A DNA stretch of 64,000 bases from Candidatus Bathyarchaeota archaeon (GTDB taxonomy: Archaea; Thermoproteota; Bathyarchaeia; TCS64), in NCBI GenBank assembly GCA_963769425.1, contig CAVYLP010000006.1, positions 273-64,272 on the forward strand, in the 5' to 3' direction. Within the stretch, counting starts at the first letter, position 1. Each line of letters starts with the position of its first letter. Below the pieces are notes generated by a model. The model did no database searches, was not told where the DNA came from, and was given only the letters and a program-made list of their open reading frames with translations. A program made the position numbers and the translations under genes. Of this stretch, positions 30,711-41,133 are shown piece by piece.

Positions 30711-30869
30711 TCACCGCGCGCTTGTTTAGAAATTAAATAGAACCTCAACGACCACTCCATTGAGTACAGGTTGAACGTTAAGCGCGTGCTTGACTCACTC
30801 AACCTAGACCAGATCAGGCTAGCGCGCATTCTGTCAAATCTTCGTCTGATAATGGAAGGAGTCAGTCAC

Positions 30870-31274
30870 CTAATGTCTATGCTCTAAAGGTATTTTGCTT
30901 CCACAATCAGGACAAAATATTTCAATGTATTTATTCTGCCAATATCCTTTCATTTGTTCCCATTTATCACCACATGTGGGACAATAAAACTCAACGATTT
31001 TGAAGTCATCCCAAGTTCCCTCACTCCTTGCTCCGGCAGGTAATAATTCTACTTTAGCTAGACGTTGGCCCTCCTTAAGGTCTAGCAAGATATGTTTGCC
31101 TTCGCGCTTTCTGTAATACCAATAACCATGTTTATCGCACCAGTAAATCCAAAACGGGAAGGTGTATGATTTCCCATCACAGGTTATGCTCTTGGTTCGA
31201 CTTGATGTGACCCGCTGATATAAAGGACATCTGCCCTCGGATTCATAGTCCAAAACATCATCCCCCTTTTTCAT
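30870..31274 (-). CDS. hypothetical Cys/Trp/Tyr-rich protein with C-terminal zinc-ribbon-like CPxCG pairs
   Basis: 134 aa. CPTCGDKW and CPDCGSK motifs plus additional Cys residues. Convergent with 30039..30710. Confidence 0.5.
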   Translation of the reverse strand: MKKGDDVLDYESEGRCPLYQRVTSSRTKSITCDGKSYTFPFWIYWCDKHGYWYYRKREGKHILLDLKEGQRLAKVELLPAGARSEGTWDDFKIVEFYCPTCGDKWEQMKGYWQNKYIEIFCPDCGSKIPLEHRH

Positions 31275-31572
31275 TCATTTAAATAAAAGTTTCTTTGATA
31301 ACAGTTCCTCCATTCGCTCCTTGTCTATAGTCGCTATCTGAGGATATGGTAACGGTAACTTTCCATGCACACGCGTAACTTCATTGCGCGCGCGCAATTT
31401 CTAAACAACCAAGCGCGCACCCGCTGTCTATTACGACTGACTGCTGAGTGTAGAGGAGGTAAGCTCCGAGTATCTCCGCCGATTTCCCCCAGTTGGAAAG
31501 TAGCTAGTCTTTCTACTTCATGAGGGTAGATATTCGAATAGTTTTATCCAATGCACCTCTCGATAATAAGGC

Positions 31573-32040
31573 ATGAAAACGCTGATCGTTTACTTCAGTC
31601 GAGATGGACACACCAAAAAGGTCGCTGAATACATCTCAGTGAAACTGGGGGCAGACATCGAGGAGATCACTGAACCCGAGAAGAGAGGTGGATTGATGGG
31701 CTATCTGCGTTCGGGGAGAGAGAGTTCACAAGGGGCAACCCCGAAAATCAACCCACCTAAAAACAACTCCTCAGAATACGACTTGGTTGTTTTAGGCACT
31801 CCTGTTTGGGCTGGGAATGTAGCGAGTCCGGTAAGAACGTACCTCAAGGAGCAGGGTTCGGGCATCAAGAAGATTGCTTTCTTTTGCACATCGAACACCA
31901 CCGATGTTGGGAAAACCTTTGAAGAGATGAAGAAGCTATGTGGAAAGGAGCCTGTGGCTACGGCAAGATTTGCCTCAAAAGCTATTGGTTCTAATGGTCA
32001 TCTAAATGATCTTGATGACTTCATAAAGAAAATAAAATAA
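31573..32040 (+). CDS. flavodoxin-like protein
   Basis: 155 aa. MKTLIVYFSRDGHTKKVAEYI flavodoxin-like N-terminus and a ...LGTPVWAGNV... core. Confidence 0.7.
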   Translation: MKTLIVYFSRDGHTKKVAEYISVKLGADIEEITEPEKRGGLMGYLRSGRESSQGATPKINPPKNNSSEYDLVVLGTPVWAGNVASPVRTYLKEQGSGIKKIAFFCTSNTTDVGKTFEEMKKLCGKEPVATARFASKAIGSNGHLNDLDDFIKKIK

Positions 32041-32051
32041 CTCTCTCGCTC

Positions 32052-32297
32052 TTAGGTTAGATGAAGATGTTTTTTACGAACGTGGCGTAAATCACGGTAC
32101 AACGTATAACTTACAACTCCAATGACTGTCACGCCAATTATTAACCAGGAAAGATGGTTATTAACATCTGGTCCACTTGTTGGAGGTCCAAAAACTAAGA
32201 CGAATATTAGTGACATTGCGAGGAACGCAAAGAATGCAATAATGGTTTCAAGCCGTTTTCCATACGCATTAAGGTGTTTTTTCTCCTCGTCGGTCAT
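32052..32297 (-). CDS. small membrane protein (two TM helices)
   Basis: 81 aa, two hydrophobic segments. Confidence 0.4.
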   Translation of the reverse strand: MTDEEKKHLNAYGKRLETIIAFFAFLAMSLIFVLVFGPPTSGPDVNNHLSWLIIGVTVIGVVSYTLYRDLRHVRKKHLHLT

Positions 32298-32573
32298 CAG
32301 TGAACATTAGCATAGAGCCCCTTATCATTTATGCGCTAATCGCGCGCTTCTAAGGAACACGCACCTGTGATCGACAGAAAAATAGATGACTGCGCATTTT
32401 CAATATAATGCCCAACCTCAATGCAACTCTGACAAGACAGGGCTCTCGTGGATCGGACTGGTCAAAAGGGACATCTTTCAGAAAGTAAATAGCAAATCGA
32501 AGATAGCTAGTCGCACGTATCATCAGCCTTATACACCAATAACCCACTGATTTTATTGGTAGTGTGATTTAGT

Positions 32574-33179
32574 TTGGTTTCATTGTCCCAAGCGAAGATC
32601 CTGGGCGAAGTAGGCTCGATTCTGGTCGTTCTAACAGCTATCCCCAGCGCGGGTGGTCTACTCGGCATAGCGGGCTTCATACTCTTACTAATCGCGGTCA
32701 AGGAAATCTCGGACCATGTCGGCGATAGATCGATCTTCAACAACATGCTGATCTCAGTCGGAGCCGCCATCGTCGGCATAGTCGTTGCAACTATCCTGCT
32801 GATTGGTAGCCTCATCAGCTTCTTCTACAGCAACGGACTCGTAGGCCAACCACCGAACTTCACAAACGTGCCCCCAAGCGAGTTGGTAGGATTAATCGTG
32901 CCCATTCTCGAAGTATTAGCAATCGTCTGGGTCGCGCTTATCATATCCGCGGTCTTCGTCAGGAGAAGCTACTCCGCTATCGCATCCAAGCTGGGTGTCG
33001 GAATGTTCAGGACCGCTGGCTTGGTGTACCTGATAGGAGCCGCTACATCGATTGTGATCATCGGGTTCTTCATAATCTTCATAGCTCAGGTACTTCTGAT
33101 CGTCGCGTTCTTCTCCATCCCCGAGAAAACTGCGGAACCGATGGTACCGCCGCCTCCAGCTACGACAACAAGCACATGA
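32574..33179 (+). CDS. integral membrane protein (hypothetical)
   Basis: 201 aa, 5-6 predicted TM helices, Pro/Thr-rich C-terminus. Confidence 0.55.
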   Translation: MVSLSQAKILGEVGSILVVLTAIPSAGGLLGIAGFILLLIAVKEISDHVGDRSIFNNMLISVGAAIVGIVVATILLIGSLISFFYSNGLVGQPPNFTNVPPSELVGLIVPILEVLAIVWVALIISAVFVRRSYSAIASKLGVGMFRTAGLVYLIGAATSIVIIGFFIIFIAQVLLIVAFFSIPEKTAEPMVPPPPATTTST

Positions 33180-33218
33180 TTCGAACCCTCTTTCATATTA
33201 TTACAGCTTGCAAAGAAG

Positions 33219-33473
33219 CTAGACCTTTAACGCCTCATCATTCTTATCCTCAACCCACCAGACCCATGCACCTTCATCATTGTGTTTTGCTTTTATTGTG
33301 CCGCTGAGCCTCATCATGTTCAAGGCAACGACGCTGTCGAATATGCAGAACGGCACTCTCTTGTGAACCTCCTGCTGAAGTTCCTTTGTCGTCAGAGGCT
33401 TCTTCGCTTCCCTCAGCACCAGTTTAATGAGAGGTGGACCGCCTTTTGGCTCATTTTCAGATATTGCAGTCAT
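33219..33473 (-). CDS. small winged-helix-like protein (start taken at the internal Met overlapping the upstream stop)
   Basis: The track ORF 33219..33572 overlaps the upstream gene by 100 nt. An internal ATG at 33471-33473 forms an ATGA overlap with the stop of 33470..34066. Sequence ...LTTKELQQEVHKRVPFCIFDSVVALNMMRLSGTIKAK... is wHTH-like. Confidence 0.4.
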   Translation of the reverse strand: MTAISENEPKGGPPLIKLVLREAKKPLTTKELQQEVHKRVPFCIFDSVVALNMMRLSGTIKAKHNDEGAWVWWVEDKNDEALKV

Positions 33474-34066
33474 GGGATAGTCATCCTCTTCCTCTCCTTT
33501 GTAATCCACCAGATTACTCCTATGACCGTTAACGGGATACCGAATATTATCAGAAGCCAGACCACCGTCCATAAACTCGTATAGACGAAATAGTCAAAAG
33601 TCCAAGTGGATACTGCCACATTCCAGTTTCCTTCAAGATAAACCCTGATGCTGAAAGCGATCCAGAAAAGTACCGAAAATGCTCCGCCTCCATTGCTCGT
33701 GGAGCGTGTGGGTGAGTCAAAGAAGTGATACTCATTTCTCTCCTCGATTGGTAGTCTTCTCCACCACCACCAACCTGCTAAGGATGCTATGATCACTGGG
33801 ATTCCGACTAGGATGAGTTCCAAGTAGATCACATGTAGAATGAATGTGACCACGTTATTCATAGTCCATTGACTCAAGATCGATGGGACTAGTCCGGTTG
33901 ATTGGGCGTTGGCTATGAACCATAGGAAGACGAAGACGGCGCCAACAGCTACAATGGCAGCCGCCACCACAAATATAGCGAGCATGGGCCAGTGCTTGCT
34001 CAGGAACCTTCTCCATCCCTTGGGATCGTTGTCCAGTGAAGTTTCATTCATCATCTTCTTTCTCAA
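33470..34066 (-). CDS. integral membrane protein (hypothetical)
   Basis: 198 aa, 4-5 TM helices, Trp-rich. Confidence 0.55.
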   Translation of the reverse strand: MRKKMMNETSLDNDPKGWRRFLSKHWPMLAIFVVAAAIVAVGAVFVFLWFIANAQSTGLVPSILSQWTMNNVVTFILHVIYLELILVGIPVIIASLAGWWWWRRLPIEERNEYHFFDSPTRSTSNGGGAFSVLFWIAFSIRVYLEGNWNVAVSTWTFDYFVYTSLWTVVWLLIIFGIPLTVIGVIWWITKERKRMTIP

Positions 34067-34296
34067 CTATTTTAGATTAGTTTGAGCTTTAAACATTATT
34101 TTTAAAACTTGATCAAAGTATAGTTTGATAGGACAAATGAGAATATGGGGCTTTTTAGCCCCCGGAATGTTGTTATTGCTTCCCCTATTAAAAAAGGAAA
34201 CAGATCAAACAACTTAATGTGCGCGCGAAAGAGCGAGAGATAGGTTTCAATCAATTATTTTACCTCATTGCCTAGTGCTCACATAATGTAGTTTAG

Positions 34297-35349
34297 TTAA
34301 GCTTCCGACATCGCGTCGCTCACTGTCATATTCAAAACTGTCTCCGCGATGTCCGAGCCATACTCAGAGGTCCTTACTATACTCTCCACTATAAGCCTCA
34401 ACTGTGGAACATCCTCCACAGGAGCCAATTTCACAATCTTGTGAATAACCTCCGCTTCCATTCTTCGAATCTCCTCGGCGGAGTACATGATCTTGTCGGC
34501 TTCAGTGTAGTTCTCGTCGAGGAGTGCCTCCATCGCCGTCTCAAACACCTTGATAGCCGACTGACTGATCCCGTTGAGTTCTTTCAGTATCTCCTCGTTT
34601 ATTGGGACTAGGTGGAGAACTAGGCGGTTCTCCGCGATGTTGGTAGCGTGGTCGGCCATGCGCTCAATCGACTTGGTAACGAGTCTATATCCCAGACACT
34701 GTCTTGTATTTGCAATTCCGCTCACCTTCAAGACCTGAGCGTCCACGACAGCGACGCTTAACAGCCTCATCACGTAGAAGCTGAAACGGTCAACCTCGTC
34801 GTCCATGCCTACCACCTCCTTAGCTATCCTGGGGTTATCGCTGCTCAGTGTCTGGACTGCATCCCTATGCATGGAGGCAGCGATTATGGACATTCGCCTC
34901 AGGGCGTCTTTCACAGAAAGCTCAGCGTAGCTGAGCAGTATCTGCAGTGTTAGCTCGTTTGGAAGGTCGCTGAGGGTCTCAGTACCAACCAGCTTCTTCC
35001 TGACAAAGTCCTTGATCGCGTAGCGAACCTCTGGGTCGATTCGTTTCTGAGTTGAGCGTATCTGAATGATGTTGTACCCGCCAAGGTACGAGGATACGAG
35101 GTGGCGGACGACACTCTCCGGCTTATCACCCTCATTAATGGTAATACTGACCTTCTTGATCCTTTCAGGAGAAATCTGATCCTTAGGCCTGATGTTCAGA
35201 GACATGTCGCTGCTCTTAATCATACTCACAACGCTGCCCCTTCCAAGGCCCATTTGTTCGACCCATGCTTTAGGCAGAGAGACGATGTAGGTTGAACCGC
35301 CTGTGACCTGGATTTTTCTAAGCTCCTCTAACCCTTCCTCATCAGGCAT
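34297..35349 (-). CDS. archaeal PhoU-family phosphate regulator with N-terminal AbrB/SpoVT-like domain
   Basis: 350 aa. N-terminal VTGGSTYIVSLPKAWVEQMGL (swapped-hairpin AbrB-like), then two PhoU repeats (...ERMADHATNIAE...). Confidence 0.8.
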   Translation of the reverse strand: MPDEEGLEELRKIQVTGGSTYIVSLPKAWVEQMGLGRGSVVSMIKSSDMSLNIRPKDQISPERIKKVSITINEGDKPESVVRHLVSSYLGGYNIIQIRSTQKRIDPEVRYAIKDFVRKKLVGTETLSDLPNELTLQILLSYAELSVKDALRRMSIIAASMHRDAVQTLSSDNPRIAKEVVGMDDEVDRFSFYVMRLLSVAVVDAQVLKVSGIANTRQCLGYRLVTKSIERMADHATNIAENRLVLHLVPINEEILKELNGISQSAIKVFETAMEALLDENYTEADKIMYSAEEIRRMEAEVIHKIVKLAPVEDVPQLRLIVESIVRTSEYGSDIAETVLNMTVSDAMSEA

Positions 35350-35537
35350 CTTCTATCCGCCTATCTTCAATTGCATGCAATATAGGATCGCCTCCTTTTT
35401 ACATTAATCTATGTAGAAAATATATATAATATATAACTATGATTTATATTTATATATCGTAGATTAGCCATATAACTTACCTTTATGCATATATTTGGTG
35501 AGGATCTCAAAAAAAGTGATCATCAGAAGGAAAAAAA

Positions 35538-36641
35538 ATGAATAATAAAATCATTGTTGGTGTTGTAGCAGTTGTCGTCATTGTAGCAGCTATATATGGC
35601 TACATGACTTTCTTATCACCTCAAACCAGCCAGACGCCAGAGACATTGACTGGTTCAGGAGCGACGTTTCCGTATCCGTTATTGGACACGATGATTAAGC
35701 AGTATCAAACACAGAAAACCAATGTTGAGATCAATTATCAATCCATTGGAAGTGGAGGCGGCATCTCAGCCCTTGAGGGCAAGACAGTTGACTTTGCGGC
35801 ATCTGATGCACCTTTAGGCGCCGCAGACATGGCCAAGGCACCAAACTCTCTGCACATCCCAGAAACCATAGGAGCAGTCACAATGGCGTATAATCTCCCT
35901 AATGTTCCATCAGGACTCCACCTGACTGGTAGTGTAATCGCTGACATCTTCTCGGGTAAGGTTACAACATGGAATGACTCTGAGATTCAGAACCTCAACT
36001 CAAATGTAACCCTGCCCTCCAACAACATACTCATCGTCCATAGATCAGATGGATCTGGCACAACTTTCATTTTCACAGGATACTTGACCCTATCTAGCGA
36101 TTCGTGGAAAAATGCACTTGGTCAGGGTAAGACAGTTGCTTGGCCAGTTGGAATAGGTGCTAACGGTAACACCGGAGTAGCCAGTGTCGTCCAAGGAACT
36201 CAATACACAATAGGATACGTCGAGTTGGCTTACGCTCTACAAAACCAGATGACAGTAGCAGCGATACAGAACCCAGCAGGAAACTGGATTCTACCCACAT
36301 TAAACACCATCCAGATAGCTGTACAATCAGCCGCTTCAAAGGGTCTCCCAGCGGGCAACGGAGACTGGTCAGGTGTTAACCTACTAAACGCTCCTGATCC
36401 ACAGGCATATCCCATAGTCAGCTTCACCTATCTACTAGTTTACAAGGAACTCAATGTTATTCCGGATATGACTCAGACAAAGGCGACTGCTCTCGTCCAA
36501 TTTATATGGTGGGTAGTACATGAAGGCCAGGCTAATGCACCCGGACTTGCATACGTGCAACTCCCAGCAAACGTAGTACAGATAGACGAAGCTTCAATCA
36601 AATCGATAACCTTCAACGGTCAACAACTGCCGACGAGTTGA
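35538..36641 (+). CDS. pstS: phosphate ABC transporter substrate-binding protein
   Basis: 367 aa. N-terminal TM/signal, then the TGSGATFPYPL PstS motif. Confidence 0.85.
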   Translation: MNNKIIVGVVAVVVIVAAIYGYMTFLSPQTSQTPETLTGSGATFPYPLLDTMIKQYQTQKTNVEINYQSIGSGGGISALEGKTVDFAASDAPLGAADMAKAPNSLHIPETIGAVTMAYNLPNVPSGLHLTGSVIADIFSGKVTTWNDSEIQNLNSNVTLPSNNILIVHRSDGSGTTFIFTGYLTLSSDSWKNALGQGKTVAWPVGIGANGNTGVASVVQGTQYTIGYVELAYALQNQMTVAAIQNPAGNWILPTLNTIQIAVQSAASKGLPAGNGDWSGVNLLNAPDPQAYPIVSFTYLLVYKELNVIPDMTQTKATALVQFIWWVVHEGQANAPGLAYVQLPANVVQIDEASIKSITFNGQQLPTS

Positions 36642-36708
36642 CAGTGATGCCAATCTCGGTATACTATAAAAGATTCCATTTTTTTAGGTTACACAATAAA
36701 ATCCTAGG

Positions 36709-37662
36709 TTGATTGCATTGAACCAAAATACTTCAGCGGATAATTTATTCAAAATTCTAACCGCTGTCCTCGCAGCATCCGCTTTAATTATTCTTGTCAT
36801 CACCGGATACACACTTCTGAGTGGTTCTCTACCAGTGCTAGAGAGGTTTGGTATAAGTTTCTTCACAGGGACGCAATGGAACCCCGTTGAGGGAAGAGAA
36901 ATATTCGGTGCACTTCCATATCTTCTAGGGACCTTAGCTACTTCTGCGATTGCCCTTTTAATCGGCGTACCACTCAGTATCGGGATAGCGATTTTTTTAG
37001 TAGAGATGGCTCCGAGAGCCGTGCGTGTACCAATTTCTTACTTCGTAGACATACTTGCTGCGGTCCCTAGCGTGATATACGGGCTGTGGGGGCTCTTCGT
37101 ACTAAGATACTGGTTAGTCGATTATATCGAGAAGCCACTATCATCTTACTTTGGGTGGATCCCGATCTTCAGCGGGACCCCCTACGGTCTCGATGTCTTC
37201 ACCGCCGGTGTAATCTTAGCGATTATGATCATACCCACGATATCCTCGGTATCGAGGGAGGTCATCAAAGCTGTTCCCAACTCAATTAGAGAAGGAGCTT
37301 ACAGCATCGGCGCAACAAGATGGGAGGTAATTAGTAATTGGGTGCTAAGCTACGGGAGATCTGGGCTATTTGGCGCCGTTATTTTGGGTCTTGGCCGAGC
37401 GATAGGAGAAACGATGGCGGTAACAATGGTCATAGGTAACACCGTTGGACCAGCCGCGATACCAACTTCCCTATTCAAAGGAAGCCAGACAATGTCATCT
37501 CTAATTGCCAACGGCTTTCTCGAGGCAACCCCTGCCTCCCTTGAATTACCAGCCTACATAGGAGTGGGATTGCTCCTGCTCCTGTTGAGTCTTGCAATTA
37601 ATGTAATCGCCGAAATCATGGTCAGCCGAGTCCTTAAGGTAAAGGGAGGCGCAATAGAGTAG
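36709..37662 (+). CDS. pstC: phosphate ABC transporter permease PstC
   Basis: 317 aa, 6 TM, the EAA-like loop of PstC/PstA permeases; gene order pstSCAB. Confidence 0.85.
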   Translation: MIALNQNTSADNLFKILTAVLAASALIILVITGYTLLSGSLPVLERFGISFFTGTQWNPVEGREIFGALPYLLGTLATSAIALLIGVPLSIGIAIFLVEMAPRAVRVPISYFVDILAAVPSVIYGLWGLFVLRYWLVDYIEKPLSSYFGWIPIFSGTPYGLDVFTAGVILAIMIIPTISSVSREVIKAVPNSIREGAYSIGATRWEVISNWVLSYGRSGLFGAVILGLGRAIGETMAVTMVIGNTVGPAAIPTSLFKGSQTMSSLIANGFLEATPASLELPAYIGVGLLLLLLSLAINVIAEIMVSRVLKVKGGAIE

Positions 37663-38499
37663 TTGAGGAGCTATGCCTATAGAAAATTCAAGGATCAACT
37701 ATTCTTCGCCCTTTCACTAGCATGCGTATTAATCGCTTTGACTCCTCTGGTAAGCATCCTGATCGAGGTCATAATCAGGGGGGCTCCACAACTAAGCATA
37801 GAATTTCTAACGCAACCCGCTGGAGTTATAGGAGGGTCGTCTGGTGGCATCGGTCCTGCGATTCAAGGGACCCTGATCCTCATCGCACTTACCAGCCTCA
37901 TGGGCATACCGCTTGGAATCATGTCGGGAATTTACTTGGCTGAATACGGGAGGAACAAGTACGCCACCTTGATGAGAATGTTCAACAATGTACTAACCGA
38001 GTTCCCCTCGATAGTCGTTGGATTAACAGTATTCATCGTCGTGGTTCTCTCGCTAGGTCACTTCTCACCACTTGCAGGCGCGATCGCCCTCTCATTCATA
38101 TTGATCCCTGTCGTCGCCAGAACCACCGAGGAGTCACTGAAGCTGGTTCCTAACTCTGTTCGTGAGGCATCGCTTGCACTCGGCGTTAACAGGTGGAGGA
38201 CAATTGTAAGCGTCGTTTTACCATCTGCACAAGGAGGTTTAGTAACTGGTACCCTCTTGGCGGTCGCCAGGATCGCAGGAGAGACAGCTCCCTTAATCAT
38301 GACCGTTCTCGGGAACCAGAACTTCTTCCAGGGTTTTAGTCAACCCATGGATGCTCTCCCCCTTAGAATTTGGAGGGATGCTCTATTACCTTACCCTGAG
38401 TTCCAGGCTCAAGGTTGGGGAGCAGCGTTGATTTTAATTTTAATGGTCCTAAGCATCAATATCAGTGTCAGATGGATCAGCACGAGGTCAGGTAGGTAA
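37663..38499 (+). CDS. pstA: phosphate ABC transporter permease PstA
   Basis: 278 aa, 6 TM permease immediately after pstC. Confidence 0.85.
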   Translation: MRSYAYRKFKDQLFFALSLACVLIALTPLVSILIEVIIRGAPQLSIEFLTQPAGVIGGSSGGIGPAIQGTLILIALTSLMGIPLGIMSGIYLAEYGRNKYATLMRMFNNVLTEFPSIVVGLTVFIVVVLSLGHFSPLAGAIALSFILIPVVARTTEESLKLVPNSVREASLALGVNRWRTIVSVVLPSAQGGLVTGTLLAVARIAGETAPLIMTVLGNQNFFQGFSQPMDALPLRIWRDALLPYPEFQAQGWGAALILILMVLSINISVRWISTRSGR

Positions 38500-38506
38500 C
38501 AAATAT

Positions 38507-39346
38507 ATGGAGACAAGCTTGGAAAAGAATGAGATGACTCCCAGTACATACGACGAGAAATCTTCGAATGAACAACATACGGTGCAATTCGACGATAAGA
38601 TGAAGAGCGTCAAATTGAGCGCCTGGTTCGGGGAAAAACAAGCCCTTAAGAACATTGATCTACCGATTCGCACTAATTGTGTCACTGCCATCATCGGCCC
38701 ATCAGGCTGTGGTAAATCAACCTTTATCAGGTGCCTCAACAGAATGCATGAGCTTATACCAGATTCTCGGATGACAGGTCAGGTGCTACTGGATGGAAGA
38801 GACATCTATTCAAAAGATAGCGACCCGGTCCAAGTTCGTAGAAGAGTCGGAATGATTTTTCAGAAGCCCAATCCCTTCCCCACGATGTCGATCTACGATA
38901 ACGTTGCAGCCGGGTTAAGGCTAACGGGATTCAACTCTGGGAAGGATCTGGATAGTATCGTAAAAAAGAGCCTAGAACAGGCGACTCTATGGGACGAAGT
39001 AAAGGACGACTTGAAGAAACCGGGCACAAGCATATCGGGTGGGCAACAGCAACGGCTATGCATTGCGAGGGCTATCGCATTAGAGCCCGAAGTTATTCTG
39101 ATGGACGAGCCTTGTTCTGCTCTAGATCCTGTGGCTACTGCAAGGATAGAGCAACTGATGATTCAGCTGAAGAGAGACTACACGGTTGTGATTGTTACTC
39201 ATAACATGCAGCAGGCAGCACGAGTCGCTGATTTTACTTCCTTTTTTTACCTCGGAGAATTGATCGAGTACGGGCCGACCAAGCAGATCTTTGAGAAGCC
39301 TGTTAAGAAGTTGACTGAGAGTTATTTGACTGGGAGATTTGGGTAG
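38507..39346 (+). CDS. pstB: phosphate ABC transporter ATP-binding protein
   Basis: Walker [10 protein letters not shown], signature [14 protein letters not shown], Walker [12 protein letters not shown]. Start chosen at ATG 38507, 8 nt after the pstA stop; the track ORF starts at 38465, overlapping pstA. Confidence 0.85.
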   Translation: METSLEKNEMTPSTYDEKSSNEQHTVQFDDKMKSVKLSAWFGEKQALKNIDLPIRTNCVTAIIGPSGCGKSTFIRCLNRMHELIPDSRMTGQVLLDGRDIYSKDSDPVQVRRRVGMIFQKPNPFPTMSIYDNVAAGLRLTGFNSGKDLDSIVKKSLEQATLWDEVKDDLKKPGTSISGGQQQRLCIARAIALEPEVILMDEPCSALDPVATARIEQLMIQLKRDYTVVIVTHNMQQAARVADFTSFFYLGELIEYGPTKQIFEKPVKKLTESYLTGRFG

Positions 39347-39348
39347 GT

Positions 39349-39993
39349 GTGGAAATGTCTAGACTGATGGATCTCGGATTAGAGCAGTTAACGAAAATGA
39401 TTCTCGATATGTCGAGTTTGACGGAGAAGACGATCATCAGCTCCCTCGACGCTTATCAAAGGAAGTCTACGGTAACCTCTGACTCAATATTTCAACTATC
39501 AAATCAATTAAGCATGCTGAAGGAGAACACGAATGATTTAGCGGTTGAGTTACTAGCAAGATATCAGCCACTGGCCGTTGATCTTAGATACATAAAATCG
39601 TGCATCGATATCTCATACGATCTATCACGATTTGGGAGATACGCCTATGATATCGCACTTACACCAAGCTGGCTCGGCGATTTATCGTCCTGCGACTTCA
39701 CCGTTTCTCTGGATATGGCTGACAAGGCATTGGCCATGATTAGAAAGAGTATGGTTGCTTTCAAGAATAGGGACGCGGAGCTTGCAAAGACTCTCGCAAG
39801 AGACGACGACGTCATCGATCGAATGTATAAGGAAACAGTCTCTTCGATTATGAATAGTAAAGAGGCCGAGATGAAGTGCGTGGTGGCGACCTTACTCTTG
39901 GTGCGTCATCTTGAACGCATGGCTGACCATGCTTGCTATATTGGCGATTCTGTTGTCTACATAATTGAAGGCCAGAAGGTAAATCTGGAATAG
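39349..39993 (+). CDS. phoU: phosphate transport system regulator PhoU
   Basis: 214 aa. Two PhoU repeats with ERMADHA-type motifs, at the end of the pst operon. Confidence 0.85.
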   Translation: MEMSRLMDLGLEQLTKMILDMSSLTEKTIISSLDAYQRKSTVTSDSIFQLSNQLSMLKENTNDLAVELLARYQPLAVDLRYIKSCIDISYDLSRFGRYAYDIALTPSWLGDLSSCDFTVSLDMADKALAMIRKSMVAFKNRDAELAKTLARDDDVIDRMYKETVSSIMNSKEAEMKCVVATLLLVRHLERMADHACYIGDSVVYIIEGQKVNLE

Positions 39994-40041
39994 CCATTTA
40001 CTTTTTTTCGTGAAATTTATTGTCTGTGTATAAAGCGTAGC

Positions 40042-40830
40042 TTAAGCTAGTCTAAATTTGGAATCATCCATAGTAAAACGCTCCCCACCGGCGATTATTA
40101 CTTCAACGCTAATGTATTCCTCAAGCCCACTACCCCTGATCTTCGTAGCCAACAGGTTATCAACCTGGAATATCCCAGCTGGGTTCGTCATTTCTATCTT
40201 AACCTTAATCGGTTTTTCGACACCCTCCTCGATACTCACCCTATCGATAGAAAGAGCGGATACTGAGTGAATGTTGATGCGACCCGCCTCATAGGGAATG
40301 CGCGCCCTACCCTTCTCCATGTCAAGCGAATCAGCTACCTTAACAACGCCCGCTTCAAGCGTAAGCGGCCTCTCAGAGGCCTGATGACTGACCACAGCGT
40401 GCAAAACCTCACTAGAGACTATCGCCGCTTCCTCGGGTTTGTAGACTAGAGGTAGACACCTCCGAAGTACCTCCCCGGCTAAACCGACGCTCAGAACCTC
40501 GTGTCCATCTCGAATGATGGACATCCCAAGATCGTGCGTCACTGAAGCGAGGAGAACAACGACCTCGGCGTCATCCACACTCATGCCGTAGTTTACCTTT
40601 ATGCTTGGCTCGATTTTCCTGGATGTGAGGATCCTCAGCAGCTTTATTGCTCTATTTGCAACTAACTTCACATGTGTAGGCCCATGATCGCTGTAACCCA
40701 TACGATCAATTGCGAGTACATTAGCGCATCTCCAAAGTGTATGTAGCTCAACGTCTGAGTCGATGAAATCTAACATGGCGCTGAGCTTTGTGTTTCCTTT
40801 TATAGGGATGCTGAGGATGTTTTTCGGCAC
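40042..40830 (-). CDS. HD-domain metal-dependent phosphohydrolase
   Basis: 262 aa. H...HD motifs (SDHGPTHV, THDLGM) of the HD superfamily. Confidence 0.6.
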   Translation of the reverse strand: MPKNILSIPIKGNTKLSAMLDFIDSDVELHTLWRCANVLAIDRMGYSDHGPTHVKLVANRAIKLLRILTSRKIEPSIKVNYGMSVDDAEVVVLLASVTHDLGMSIIRDGHEVLSVGLAGEVLRRCLPLVYKPEEAAIVSSEVLHAVVSHQASERPLTLEAGVVKVADSLDMEKGRARIPYEAGRINIHSVSALSIDRVSIEEGVEKPIKVKIEMTNPAGIFQVDNLLATKIRGSGLEEYISVEVIIAGGERFTMDDSKFRLA

Positions 40831-41133
40831 CAGTGGTCACCTTAAATCGTGATGAGCGTCTGCTTATTTCAATAATTCTAGACTCGTACGCGCGGTGATC
40901 AAGCGACTAAAACTTCCATAATGGTAAGAATTAGCGCTGTTTGTAAAATCCCTAACTCAAATAGAACCTAGGGTGAGTGATTATTATACCCAGCGAATCA
41001 AAGTTCCATAGTGCGTAAATGAGTAACATTAGTGCAACTCCTGCGACTATTGAGAAGAGATAAAAACGGTTTCTAATCATCGAAATGTTAGTAGGCAGAG
41101 CCTAATAGGTTTTGCAAGAGCATGATTAGTGGA

